Source: Antedon mediterranea | Lineage: Eukaryota > Animalia > Echinodermata | Reading direction: 5' to 3' | DNA: 64,000 bases | Assembly (NCBI RefSeq): GCF_964355755.1 | Contig: NC_092678.1 | Span: forward strand, 11,530,352 to 11,594,351 | Shown: in pieces, positions 42,870 through 55,935 of the stretch | Layout of the letters: the number at the start of each line of letters is the position of its first letter | Numbering within the stretch: position 1 is the first letter of the stretch | The notes under the pieces: generated by a model | The model's database searches: none | What the model was told of the DNA's origin: nothing | Seen by the model: only the letters and a program-made list of their open reading frames with translations | Made by a program: the position numbers and the translations under genes

Positions 42870-45800
42870 GGTTTAATGAGTTATACAGTTTACATTAGGT
42901 AAGATTTATTTCAATTTGATATGATATTACCACTGCTTGCAAATAACCAATCTAATCGATTCAAAACAAAGCTGAAATTGCTGTGATACCTTTTGATCCT
43001 TAAAACACATGACCGTTTCAGACAGAAAATGTGCTGCTAGATAAGCAGCACTGTCTTTTCAAACATAACCTATGTCATTTGATTTATTATTATATTAGTT
43101 AAAATGTCTTTTATTATAAAAGAGTATGAAGTAAATTGTATAAACAGGACAAAACTTTAATTTCATGATACAAGAGTTCAGAAGCAGTGATGAAGTCAAG
43201 ATCAAATCGTTTTTTAAGAATTAGTTTTACTATGCTAATTCCAGGAATTCAGTTATAAGTGAATACCAAGTTTTATTTGGGAATCATCGTAAATGCTTGT
43301 ATAAATATTATGGTAGACAAATACAATACATGTTCAATGCAATTTTGATATTCCAGAGTAAACACGCTTCCCTGACTATGCAAATAATTTCATGAGGTGA
43401 AATTAGAGTTTCATATTTCACCACTTGAAATCATTTTTATCATTGCACGAATACAAAGCATTATTATTGTACACCTACCTAGTATGTCAAAAACCAAAAC
43501 ATATTGCTAGGCTCAGTGTAATAATAAGATTTATAACGCGCACCACAAAGTGCAGAGTAGTAAAATGAAATATTTCCAGGCAACTGAAACTGATCTAGAC
43601 TAATTCTTATATATTTGTTCTCATTAATTAAGCTAATCTAAGTACTTTTTTGGTCTAAATTAGTACATATCCCTTTACAAAAATGTTACTTAAATTGAGT
43701 ACCGTTTCTGTAATGCAGAGGAGCTATCGTTTTCGTAAATAACTAGTCAAAGGGTTAAGCAATATATTACTGTTCACTATATACAGTAACCTTCTGCAAA
43801 AACACATGATGTACTGTACATATTTACGGTTATGGTATCACTCGGGCGCTCACTCACTCATTCTGCCATTGTTTCGGAGTCTCACATTACTTAATAACTA
43901 ATAGCCTTAAGCTTACATGCCAATGCCTAGGCCTAATACTAGCTTGGGTTGGCTGAAAGGCAAAACTTTGACATCTAGGCTAATTCTGGTTTTTTTTTCT
44001 ACGATTCCACATCTTGCAGAGATGTTCCCATTAAATAATCAAAATCCTACAAACAATCTAAAGCTAATTTAAATGCCTTTTTGATCTAAATTAGTACGTA
44101 CTGTATATCTCTCCAGAAATGACTTCCATCTGTAAAAACCAGTCATACCATTCAAATAGCCGCGAAAGTACAAAATAGATGGCGCTGTTGTATTTCAAAA
44201 GCAACAGTATAAAACAAAATATTTTATAAACGCAAAAATATTTTTTTTTTCGTGCACAAAAAAAGTACTATTCAAACGATCGTTTAATAGTGCGTACTAT
44301 TGCACGCCATGTGATCCACATTTGTCCAATCAAACGACAGGAATTTATTTAGGTGTTATATAAAATCCAATATTTTTCGGATAGTTTTGTTAGTGTATGA
44401 TTGACACCTGCTACGTGGTTTCCCTGTTCTATTTATCAACAATTAATCTAGTGATTTTTTCTAGGCCAAATTACGGGATACTTAACATCATAAGGAAGAT
44501 AATCATCACAGTCTACCTGTCGCCCTCTTTGTTCTTTTTTTGGGCATAGTGAACTTATAATACTGCTTTGGTTAACCGATTCATTTTTATCTAATTGTTT
44601 CAGGTTTAGATGCATCATTTTGCGCTTGTTTAATTAGTGCCTACTCTGCGTTACAAACTTCATTGACACTTAAACATCCCTTTGTACTATCCCCCTTCTT
44701 AATGATATAGTTTGTAATAAACCTAGTATCATATGCAAGAACATTAATTAGTTTGCACCACTTAGAAAACCTAGTAGAATCTCCAATCACTGTCATTAAT
44801 TGTCAATGTTCAGTGTTTTCTACGGTTTCTACTTTATTCTCTGGCCATTTTTAGTTAACTTTAAGAACTCTGGCACTTCCCACCATATTTTTACTTAAAT
44901 TAGCTACAGAACATCCCCTGGAAGCAATATCTGCTGGATTTAATTGTGTTGGTACATATCTCCACTGACTTGGCTTAGTTGCGCCCTGAATTTCGCCTGA
45001 ATCCGATTGCCTACGTACGAACAACAAGAAATTTATACTTCGTCCTCTTATCCACCATAGAATATTCAGGGTATCGGACCAAAATGTTACTTTTCTTAGG
45101 TCAATATCTAATACCCTTGCTATCAGCTTTTACCAACTTAAGTCCCAACATAGCACCCGATAGCACAAGTCTTGGTATACTTTACTTTAGTTTTTGATAC
45201 TACAAACCGAACGATTTTTTTTATCGCAGTCTACAGTGGTTTAAATAAATTACAGTAGCGTATGCCTCAACAGAAGCGTCACAAAATACATGCAAGTTAA
45301 GTTTTCCATTCCCACTTGGCCATAAACACCAATCAGTTTTAATCTGGTTCAGATACTGTAAGTTTAATTTTCAATTATTAATTAATAAATTCAATTTTCA
45401 ACTCCCCTTCAATATGCTCATCCCACGTCATATCCTTTTCTCAAATTCGTATTATAACTGCCGATACAAACCCAAAGGAATCGAATACTGACGAGAGCTT
45501 TCTTAACACATTACACTTAGTTAAGGATTCCACTGTAAGTTTCTCTAGAACTTCAAAATCATCCATATAAGTAGAATTTAACACAGTGTCGGCCGCTAAT
45601 GGGAACTTAACCTTGAGCAGTTTTTCTAGCTACGGTTAAAGCACTAAATGGAGAGGCATTAATTCCAAAAACCACCCTATGGTGTTCGTAAACCGTGGGC
45701 TCTATAGATACATCTAAATCCCTCCAAAGAAACCTATGCATCGGCTTATCCTCCGCATACAATTTTTATTGCAGATACATTTCCGATATATCACATATTA

Positions 45801-45880
45801 CAGCTATTCTATTCAGTTTAAACGGTATCAAAACATCAAAAAATTCTTTTAGAATCTTTGGCCCAGGGCTTCTTGCATCA

Positions 45881-48025
45881 TTAGTTATCCGCATTCAGCG
45901 GATAACTCCTTGTAACTGTCCTGTTTCATCATCTTTTTTTTTAGTTATCCGCTTAGTAGCGGATAACTCCTTGTAATCGTCCTGTTACTTTTTTTTTGTG
46001 GTTATTTCTTTCTCCTCCATTTTTGTGTCTCGCGTATCTCAAAAACTTGTAAACATAACATTTCATATCTTTGTAAACATATGGGCATTTACGTGAAGTT
46101 GTGCACCTCCTATTTTTTAATGACGTCAGAGTTGCGCAACGTGACTTACGTGCGATTTTATGATTTTTTATGATTGATCATAGGCTAAAAACCAAGCATA
46201 ATTTTGTTTTGACACTTTGTGAAAATTTAAGTCATATCAAGGGAAAACTTTTTGTGGATTAAAAATGCCATGTTTTACAAGACGTTACGCGCGCACGCGC
46301 ATTTCTCTTCTGTTTTTGTGTCTCGCTTATATCAAAAATGTGTAAATATAACATTTCATAACTTTGTCAACATATGGGCATTTACGTAAAGTTGTGCACC
46401 TACTATTGTGAATGACGTCAGAAATGTGTAACATGACTTACGCATGATTTTATGAATTTCCCGTATTTAACATAGGTTGAAAACCATATAACAATTTAAG
46501 TTGAAACTAATTTATATCTTGCGCTAACTTTTTGTGCACTAAAAATGGCATGCTTTACACAAAATTATGCTTTTCCAGCCTTTTCTAGTAATTTTATCAA
46601 ATTTTAAAACAATTTAGACTTAAAATTACGTCGTATGAGCACGTCGAATTGTACAATTTGCGCGTGTTTTTAATGGAAAAAAATTCAAAAATTTGTAAAA
46701 ATTATGCCTTTTTTTAAACAATCATAGATTCTAAACTACGAGGTAAACTTTTTTATGCATTTCGCGTTTTTAACATAGATCGAAAACCATATAACAACAT
46801 AAATTGAAACTTAACAAAAGTTTAATTTATATCTTGCGCTAACTGACTGCGGAAAAAAAATGCACCCACGTTTAAAATTTCAAAATGCGACAAATTAATT
46901 TCTAATCAACTTTCTACGCGTTTCATGTCATTTTGAGCATGTTTAAAATTCCCACGTGCACGCAATTTTTTCCGCGTGATTTATGTTTTTCCAGCCTTTT
47001 CTAGTAATTTTACCAACTTTTAAGCAATTTCGACTTAAAATTAACGTCATACGGGCACGTCGAATTGGATAATTTAACTTTGATGAAAAATTTGTCAAAA
47101 TTTGTCAAAATTATACCTTTTTTTAAACAGTCGTAGTTTCTAAACTAAACGGTGAAAGTTATTTTTATTACATATTCTGGAAGTTGATGAGTTGTAGATA
47201 TCGGATCATGCATTAATATGGCTAACCGGACATTGTGATGTCATCGTATCGCCACCCGAATATAAAATATAGAATTTTCGTATCTTTCGTCATAGCGCAT
47301 CACATTTAATAGAGTGCATCTCCACTTATCTGTTTTCCATTTTCACCCTGATTTTGATATTTTCTAGGTCAATTAACTGTCTTTTGCATGAGTAAAAAAT
47401 ATTTTAATTTTTATGACGTCATCTCATCTAAAAATGTAAATAACAGAGGTCACTTATTTTCATCTTTACGGTAAATTTCAATCTGTTATAGCTCGTCAAA
47501 ATAAAAAGTGATAAATTACAACTTTTTTTTTAAGCTATTGGATTGTATACGAATTCATGTGAACATTTTGCCAATCAAATGTTGTGACGTCATCATATGG
47601 CCAGTTGAATACAAAAAAGTCGTATTTTTATCTTTTGCGTCATAGTTCATCACATTTAAAAGAGCGCAAATCTATATTTTACGTATTCAAATTTCTCCTA
47701 CACGTTAATATGTTGTTGCTGAGATAATGTCCTTCCGAAATTGCTATCTTAGTGTTTCATTTTGAAAATATATTAAAAATAGGAATAAACGGGGGGTCCC
47801 GTAATTTCACCTATTCTACACTGTATGTAATAAAGAATATACTGTTTATACTGTATATACTATACGACAGAAAATTGATAGAATTCAGCACTAACAGCAT
47901 ATGATATTCTTCAGTTCAGGTCATAATGCCATAATCTTTTCCGTGTGCAAAATTCCAACGTATGAAGTGCGCGTGGCGTTTGTCGTGCGGATAACTAACT
48001 CGTCAAAGTGACGCGTTCAAATCTA
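45881..48025 (-). mobile_element. Inverted, internally duplicated copy of the 24695-26248 element, inserted in the BEL/Pao remnant
   Basis: Reverse-complement similarity over >1 kb; two tandem 3' hairpins (45881-45910, 45941-45970); 5' palindrome at ~47996-48016. Confidence 0.75.
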
Positions 48026-49401
48026 AAACCCTTTAGCTGCTGCATCGTATACTATACAAACTTTAATAGTTTCCCTGTCCAACTTTACGACAGGAAAATG
48101 TGGCAAAAACCATTGTTGAGTGGGGTTTGCTCATTACAATCTACTTTCCTTATTTATCGTTTGTCTAGATGTGCGTCAATAACTTTCTTGTATGCCTGCC
48201 CTAGCTCATTATTATTTAAAAGTTTTTTTTCTACATTTTCAAGTCTCTGTTTTGAAGGGCAATTGACATTTATTCCTGTTCCAGGGAATTCTTACTTTAT
48301 ACCTAGTATTTTCAATGTCATAGACTCGATATTATTAACCCTATGTTCTTCTGTAGCGTACAAGGGCACACTTTGGACTCCAACTATTTCCATTTCTCAA
48401 AACTTCCTAATATACTATTGTTGTTACAACCATGAAAGTCAACTACTAGCCTTTCCGATTCTATTCCAGGGTTTGAGCTTTAAATTGCCAGTCACATTAT
48501 CAGTCATCAATGTATTAATTTTATATTGAATACTTTTATTATTTATTGGCAATATTTCAAATTTAACATTTTATGTACTAAACGTTGTTTTTCCCCATTT
48601 AAGGTCCCGACCGTTACCTCATCAATAGGGCCACTTAGTCCAAGCTCATTACATACCTCACTATTTTATGCATGTTTGAGAACTCCCATCATCTAATAAA
48701 CATTTATCTGCAACTGTTTTTTACCATTTTGTGCCACTACTGGGACAATTCTAAAAGACACATTGTTGTCTTGAATCATATAATTATCCTCTAATTTTGA
48801 TCTAATTTTTGGACTACCTATGCTACAAGCACTCTCATCTGCCTTAGCTTTACCGAAAAAAGATCCACCTTTATTGGGGTTATCCCTATCGTTGCTACTT
48901 GACCCACCTTCCCTATCGTTGCTTTCAGATATAGTATACATACTTTTAGTTTTGTGTAACACTACAGCCTATTGTGGTCATATTACATACCATTTGTCTA
49001 ATTACAATATTCATATTCATATTCATTTATATTCATTTATTATCCAGAAAAAAATATAAAACAAAAACAATACAAAAAGCATAAATTACAATCATTTGCT
49101 ATTTGCATTTAAAACATAACTTACGCCCTTGTGTCTCATTATAACAAGCACAGCTTTGGAAAGGTTCATCATAACTAATGTTAGACTTAACTTGTGCCTC
49201 CGTGGAATTACTGTGATACGTTTTTTGCCTTGACCTCTAGCATTTTCATATTCAAGGTGTCTATCATACATAGTGCTTGCTATTTTTGTCTGCCGTTTTA
49301 CAAATTTAAGAAGATCGTTTTCAAGAATAGAATCTGCCTTATTCACCCATTTAATGGTAATAGTTTGGGAAGTAATGATTGAACCTTTAAGATATTACCG
49401 T

Positions 49402-50245
49402 CAGAGCCATATATATAAAGAGTTACGACATTGAAAATGAGAAGCCATTTTTGTGTCAAAGAATTGCACGCTGAGGGCGCGCGCGTCTCTTTTGTATAGA
49501 GTTTTCCTGTAGTTCCATGCATTATTTTTAGATTTTGTTGTCAATGAAATAACGCTTAGATTCCGTTTTTATTTTAGTAATTAATTTCATTAATGGTATT
49601 GATTTGTTAAAATATATATATATTTTTTATAATAACAAACAAATTAATTCTAGGGCCTACATGGAAGTTAGGATACATCAAAGAATGAACCAATACAAAA
49701 AACACACAAATTCACCCCCCTTTTTATGCAGTATATGGCTTTCTGTGTGTTTTTACACAAACTGCGCCGCCAACGTTATTAACATTCAGAGACTCGTTCA
49801 TAATTTAATTTGTAATAATTTGCGCCTTTATTATTTTAATATTGTTCATACCCTTGTTCATACCCTTATATTAACAAATATATCCACGACACTTTATTAT
49901 TTTATTTAGACATCAAATCATGCAGTTATGAATTGAAAATATTACATAATTGTTATTAATGGAACGTAGTTATGGGATGTTTTGTTCCAAAATCAATCAA
50001 GCGAACGTTATAATGTACTATCGCACGCGCGCGCAATATTCTTTGCTGCAAGTACTTCTGTACGCTGTGCACATCGATATTTCTCCGTAAAATGTGCAAT
50101 TATATTTTTTTTTTAATATAAAAAAAGATAGTATTTTGTTGCTCCTATACTTTACATGCATTAATGGCGACAAGTTTGACACAATTTGATCTGCATATCA
50201 CGTGACTATAATCCAATGTCATAACTCTTTATATATATGGCTCTG
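49402..50245. mobile_element. Non-autonomous TIR element (CA...TG ends; P- or hAT-like)
   Basis: TIR CAGAGCCATATATATAAAGAGTTA(C/T)GACATTG at both ends; flanks ATTACCGT/GGTACTGT only partly match. Confidence 0.65.
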
Positions 50246-50571
50246 GGTACTGTTAATATCACATGTATACCCAACCTCATTTAACACCAACTCACGTTGT
50301 TTCATATCCCTGACTAATCCCCACAAACTATCACTGTATTTGTTTCCTTTCCAAGCTTCAGTAGATACCCTAGCTTCGCCAGTGCAAAACGAGATACTGT
50401 AACTTAGTTGCATTATTACTGAGACACTATATTAGTTATGAATGAATTAGAAATGAAATACCAATATTCTCCAGAATCACTCCCAAACTCTGGTATTGTA
50501 AATGTAAGCAATACCAACGATAACGATAAGTTTAGCATCAATACTAAATTTATCAATATTAGTTAGCGTCC

Positions 50572-53042
50572 GGGTCATTCCATGTCAAATCACCCAATGG
50601 GTTAAACCCTACTTTCTTCAAATTTGCTCAAATTTGGTTTTTGGGTTATTTTTAGCTAAAAAACCTGAAATTTTTAATTTGAGCACCATACGACCAACGG
50701 TTCGCGCGCTACGCGCCGTCGTTTCTTCGCGATTTTGCGCAAAATCGATGCGGCGGGCTATACTTAAATGACCGTATCTCCGTAAAGTGTGGACCGATTT
50801 TGTTGTGACAGGTATCTTTGGAAAGCTAATTGTTAAAGCTATCCAAATCTTCTATTTACTTTTGAGATAGAACTATTTAAAAGATGTATAACTTATTCTA
50901 TTCCATTTGACCTAGGATTTGACCTTGTGGGACAAATTTTTTTTAGATGAAATTTTGTGAAAATTATCTCCTACATGATATTTACATAATATAAAAAAAT
51001 TGGAGATATATTATTTTTTGTTTGCTTTCTAGCTCATTTCAAAGTTGACTTACTTCAACAATTCTGGTATTTCTATACAGTGTAGATGTATTGTCGACAT
51101 TATATCACTACCAAATTTACCTCTTAATACTATGGGTGTCACTCTCAGATTATTTAAGACTATAACAATGCTTTAATTATATTTTCATGCTCCATACAAA
51201 ACAATTTAACTCAATATAACCGCATGATTTATAGGGCTATAATTACGTAAAATTGTAGTAACGTTTTAAAATTGCATAAAATGGCAGCTAGGCGGCATGG
51301 ACCGGGGCAAGTGGTATTTTTATGCAAATACTACTACTACTTGCCCCAACCAATGTATCGTCACCCCGGTCCATGCCGTTTATAACGTAATTATAGACTT
51401 ATAAATCATGAGGTTATATTGCATTTTTTATAAGAACGTAAAATTGTAGAACGTTTTAAAATTGCATATAATGGCATATAATGGCAGATAGACGGCAGGG
51501 ACCGGGGCAAGTGGTATTTTTCTGAAATGAGTGGACCCTACTTGCCCTAACCCATGTATCATCACCCCGGTCCATGCCGTTTATAATGTAATTATAGCCC
51601 TATATATCATGCATTTATATTGCATTTTTTATTAAAAAAAAGTTAAATTGTAGTAACGTTTTAAAATTGCATAAAATGGCAGCTAGACGGCATGGACCAG
51701 GGAAAGTGGTATTTTTATGCATTGACTACTACTACTTGCCCCAACCAATGTATATCGTCACCCCGGTCCATGCCGTTTATAACATAATTATAGCCTTATA
51801 AATCATGTGGTTATATTGCATTTTTTACAAAAATTTAAATTGTAGTAACGTTTTAAAATTGCATAAAATGGCAGCTAGACAGCATGGACCGATGCAAGTG
51901 GTATTTTTATGCATTGACTACTACTACTTGCCCCAACCAATGTATCGTCACCCCGGTCCATGCCGTTTATAACATAATTATAGCCTTATAAATCATGTGG
52001 TAATATTGCATTTTTGACAAAAACGTAAAACTGTAGTAACGTTTTAAAATTGCATAAAATGGCAGCTAGACGGCATGGACCAGGGCAAGTGGTATTTTTA
52101 TGCAATGACTGGACCCTACTTGCCCCAACCCACGTATCATCACCCCGGTCCATGCCGTTTATAACGTAATTATAACATAATTATGAGTGAAGAAATAAGT
52201 GAATAAAATACAATGAACAAAAATGTAAAATAATGATGAACAGCAAAGAACAATCAATGTTTTCAAAGTTAATATCATCAAACAAAAAAAATGATTCAAT
52301 TTGCTTGAAAGTGTGAAAAGAGTGCCATAAACTGATGGTACATCCTTGGCTAACCAAATGGGGTAATCAAATGGTGTACAGATGTTTACCTAAGTAATAA
52401 TTATTTTGTATGGAGCATGAAAATATAATTAAAGCATTGTTGTAGTCTTAAATAATCTGACAGTGACACCCATAGTATTAAGAGGTAAATTTGGTAGTGA
52501 TATAATGTCGACAATACATCTACACTGTATAGAAATACCAGAATTGTTGAAGTAAGCCAACTTTGAAATGAGCTAGAAAGCAAACAAAAAATAATATATC
52601 TCCAATTTTTTTATATTATGTAAATATCATGTAGGAGATAATTTTCACAAAATTTCATCTAAAAAAAATTTGTCCCACAAGGTCAAATCCTAGGTCAAAT
52701 GGGATAGAATAAGTTGTACATCTTTTAAATAGTTCTATCTCAAAAGTAAATAGAAGATTTGGATAGCTTTAACAATTACCTTTCCAAAGATACCTGTCAC
52801 AACAAAATCGGTCCACACGTTACGGAGATACACTCATTTAAGTATAGCCCGCCGTGTCGATTTTGCGCAAAATCGCGAAGAAACGACGACGCGTAGCACG
52901 CGAACCGTTGGTCGTATGGCGCTCAAATTAAAAATTTCAGGTTTTTTGGCTAAAAATAACCCAAAAACCAAATTTGAGCAAATTTGAAGAAAGTAGGGTT
53001 TAAAATGTCATTTTTTTTGGGTGATTTGGTATGGAATGACCC
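50572..53042. mobile_element. Sola2-like foldback element with ~630-bp TIRs
   Basis: GGGTCATTCC...GGAATGACCC ends; GTCC 4-bp TSD (50568-50571, 53043-53046); near-identical arms 50572-~51201 and ~52404-53042; internal ~190-bp tandem array; no ORF. Confidence 0.85.
51215..52175. repeat. ~190-bp tandem repeat x5 inside the foldback element
   Basis: Unit includes AAATTGTAGTAACGTTTTAAAATTGCATAAAATGGCAGCTAG and the internal inverted pair CGGCATGGACCGGGG / CCCCGGTCCATGCCG. Confidence 0.85.
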
Positions 53043-53691
53043 GTCCATATTACCCTTAACATCTGAACGGTCTGGTTTCTTGTCCACAGTTTCAGCATTT
53101 TCATTTTTCGGCACTCTTCACTACTTTAAACAGCTGCACCTGGCAATCCAATCCAAATTTGTCATCCCTTTGCTACAAATGCTCCATGAATGTCCTCCAT
53201 TTCTGCCACCTGTGTCTCAAATTTCTTGAGCACCTTTGTTATTTCTTCAATGTCTAGATTGTCATCTTCTTGCGACAGCACCTTAATGATATAATGTTCT
53301 TGTCAAATGGCCTTTTTTTGTTTCTGCTTCTAAGCTCTCCTGCAGCCTTCCTTTCCTCCATTACGATGTGTTTTCAAACAGCCTCCAGGTACAGTACACA
53401 AATTCCAGTAACCAAATTACAATTTCATTTTGTTTCGGAGTTTCAAAACAAATGTAAACTATAATTAACTGAATTCAACTAACATTTATTTGTTTTTCGC
53501 TACATCCACTACGACTCACATTAGTCGACTGGCCCTGCACTAACCTGTGCAACGCTTTATTAAAGGTAATTTGCATACAGATGGTAAACCCACTAACAAG
53601 AATAATATGGTCTAGTGAACACTGACGTGTTCGAGCGTCTTGATCTGCCTTGGCCCTGATGGTGATCGTACATACAGCAGGCCTACTGTAC

Positions 53692-53747
53692 ATATTTTTT
53701 ATTGAAATTTGTGTAATTTAAATTACACAAATTTCAATAAAAAATAT
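53692..53747. repeat. Perfect 56-bp spacerless palindrome
   Basis: ATATTTTTTATTGAAATTTGTGTAATTT|AAATTACACAAATTTCAATAAAAAATAT. Confidence 0.9.
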
Positions 53748-55066
53748 TAAAATAATAAAATGATAATACTTCAAGCTGAAATGTATTTTAATTGGCAATG
53801 TAATTAAATATCACAATTACGTATTTATTTTATTATTATTATTTAATCAAACGCGGCAAAAACATAATTGAATGTCAATCAGATTTTTTTAATTATTATT
53901 ATTATAGAAAACATAGATATTGTTTCGTCATAATGACAGGCCTTACCCCTTGTCTTGTTGATAACAAATAAAAGCCCATAGTTTGCTAGAAAAATGAATT
54001 ATTCAAGGCTGTCACGGTTGAATGAATGTTGGCTGTCCTATCGTTGCCTAATTAACCACATTTTGGACGAATTTTGTCTGCAGATAAACTGTGTGGGGTA
54101 TGGTACATCTTTTCTGGATGATATGGTATACAGTAGCATCAGGATAATGAAGCTGAACCACACACACACACACATTTTCATATTACACATCAGATTGGCA
54201 AGTTTGTTTCTAGTCTAGGTTTTAGAAGATAGTGATTTGGCCATGTGCTGTTAAGCATATTCGTTGAAATATAGCAGGTGTCTACTTTCAAAATGAGACG
54301 GTTAGTGACGTATCACAACTGGCCAGCCAATCCCAGATCAGGGGAACCACGGTTTGAATACGATTAAGCCCGGTGATTTGGTGTGACATTGATGACTACA
54401 CCATATAGCCAATCACCATTTAATTAATAAATTGTCAACTGCTTAAAACTATGGTCGAAAGAAAGTGATCTTTTGTTTAATTAATTGATTCAACATTGAT
54501 GGTAAATTAAAAAAACGAATTCTTTCAAAATGATATTATATGCACATATCATTCCTTGGCATATCTTTATGGTGATTGTGATAGGAAGAATTAATTTTTA
54601 GCAAACTCAAAAGCTGTTTATAGGTGAGCTTTTGGTACAATTATGATGTTTAAGAAGAGTTTCTTACAGTAATACATTGTAGTTGTAGAGAAAGCATATT
54701 TTTTGTAATTTGTAATTGATATCCACAATGCAAGTACTATATTGTAGAATGATATTATAGAATGCCTATTCTTTTTAACATTTTATCTTTCTAAAAAAAT
54801 ATCAAATTTTAGTATTCTTTGCAATTGTCAAGAAATCGATCCGCTTAAAGTAGATTTTTTAACCCAACTTGTAAACACTTGAGAAGGATCAAGGAAGAAG
54901 AAAATCGGTTCATTAATTTGCCACTATAATTTTAAATTGTTGCTGGAAAAAAGAATTTTAAAGTGCCCAGGTTAGGGGCTGACTGACACATATTTCACGA
55001 ATTGCGTGGTTTTTAAGATTCTTTTAATGTTTACATTTTCAGTTGATTTTATGATTTGCGAGTGGA

Positions 55067-55228
55067 CATGCTTGCACGAGGCATCATCACCTTGTTGTAC
55101 TAGTATTTTATTTGTCTCCAGACTATGTCTATATCCACCACCTTTCACATGCTTGCACGAGGCGTCATCACCTTGTTGTACTAGTATTTTATTTGTCTCC
55201 AGACTATGTCTATATCCCACCACCTTTC
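55067..55228. repeat. 81-bp tandem duplication
   Basis: ACATGCTTGCACGAGGC...TTTATTTGTCTCCAGACTATGTCTATATCCACCACCTTTC x2. Confidence 0.88.
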
Positions 55229-55772
55229 AAAATGGATCTGCGCTGTCTCTTTCTGACTTTTCTATGACGATTTTGTTGAAAGAAAGATCTTATTATTTGA
55301 GTATTATCCAATAAGAATAGCATAGACACAATACAAAGACTCGGTGAAGCATGATAAATACAGTTAGTACACAATACTGCACACCTATTTTGTCTATTGA
55401 AGAGAGAAACCTAAAGGTGATTGATATGCAAATGCGTACTGCATATTGTGTTGCTGAGTCAGGATCAATACACAATAGCCATTTCATTTCGTATCAGGAC
55501 CCAGTTATCACTTTCAACTCCACAATTTCAACATACCAGAGTATTTTTTTTTTGTTTGATTAACTTTTTGTGGTAAGATATTTGAATTTATTTTTATATT
55601 CTAATACAGTACACTGTTGGATTCATATTGGATCAATTAGGTTGTTTATGATATCTATTACACCAAAAAAAAGGGTATACTGTAGTACACACTGCAGAAT
55701 GCTGTAATATGTCAAAGTATTTGGATTAAACAAAGTAGATTTGTAAAAGGTAACATTTGTGTGTTTTTACAC

Positions 55773-55935
55773 CAAGGTGTAGTGTTCAGCTAGTGTCCGT
55801 GTTTGGGTGCTACAAGGTGTAGTGTTCAGCTAGTGTCCGTGTTTGGGTGCTACAAGGTGTAGTGTTCAGCTAGTGTCCGTGTTTGGGTGCTACAAGGTGT
55901 AGTGTTCAGGTAGTGTCCGTGTTTGGGTGCTACAA
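55773..55935. repeat. 40-bp tandem repeat x4
   Basis: CAAGGTGTAGTGTTCAGCTAGTGTCCGTGTTTGGGTGCTA. Confidence 0.92.

Larger units (their letters stand above)
44500..53450 (-). pseudogene. Decayed BEL/Pao LTR retrotransposon gag-pol remnant interrupted by three insertions
   Basis: Minus-strand peptides: WRYVPTQLNPADIASRG (~44915-44965), SIPRLVL (~45160), LHVFCDASVEAYATVIYL (~45245-45297), YMDD (~45560), HRVVFGI, RFLWR, CDISEMYLQ (~45770); Cys/His-rich gag-like stretch at ~53170-53330. Many frameshifts; boundaries approximate. Confidence 0.8.

Noticed and set aside
50219-50260. INSTQSHIYKEL read as a BEL protease motif
   Set aside because: This is the terminal inverted repeat of the 49402-50245 element
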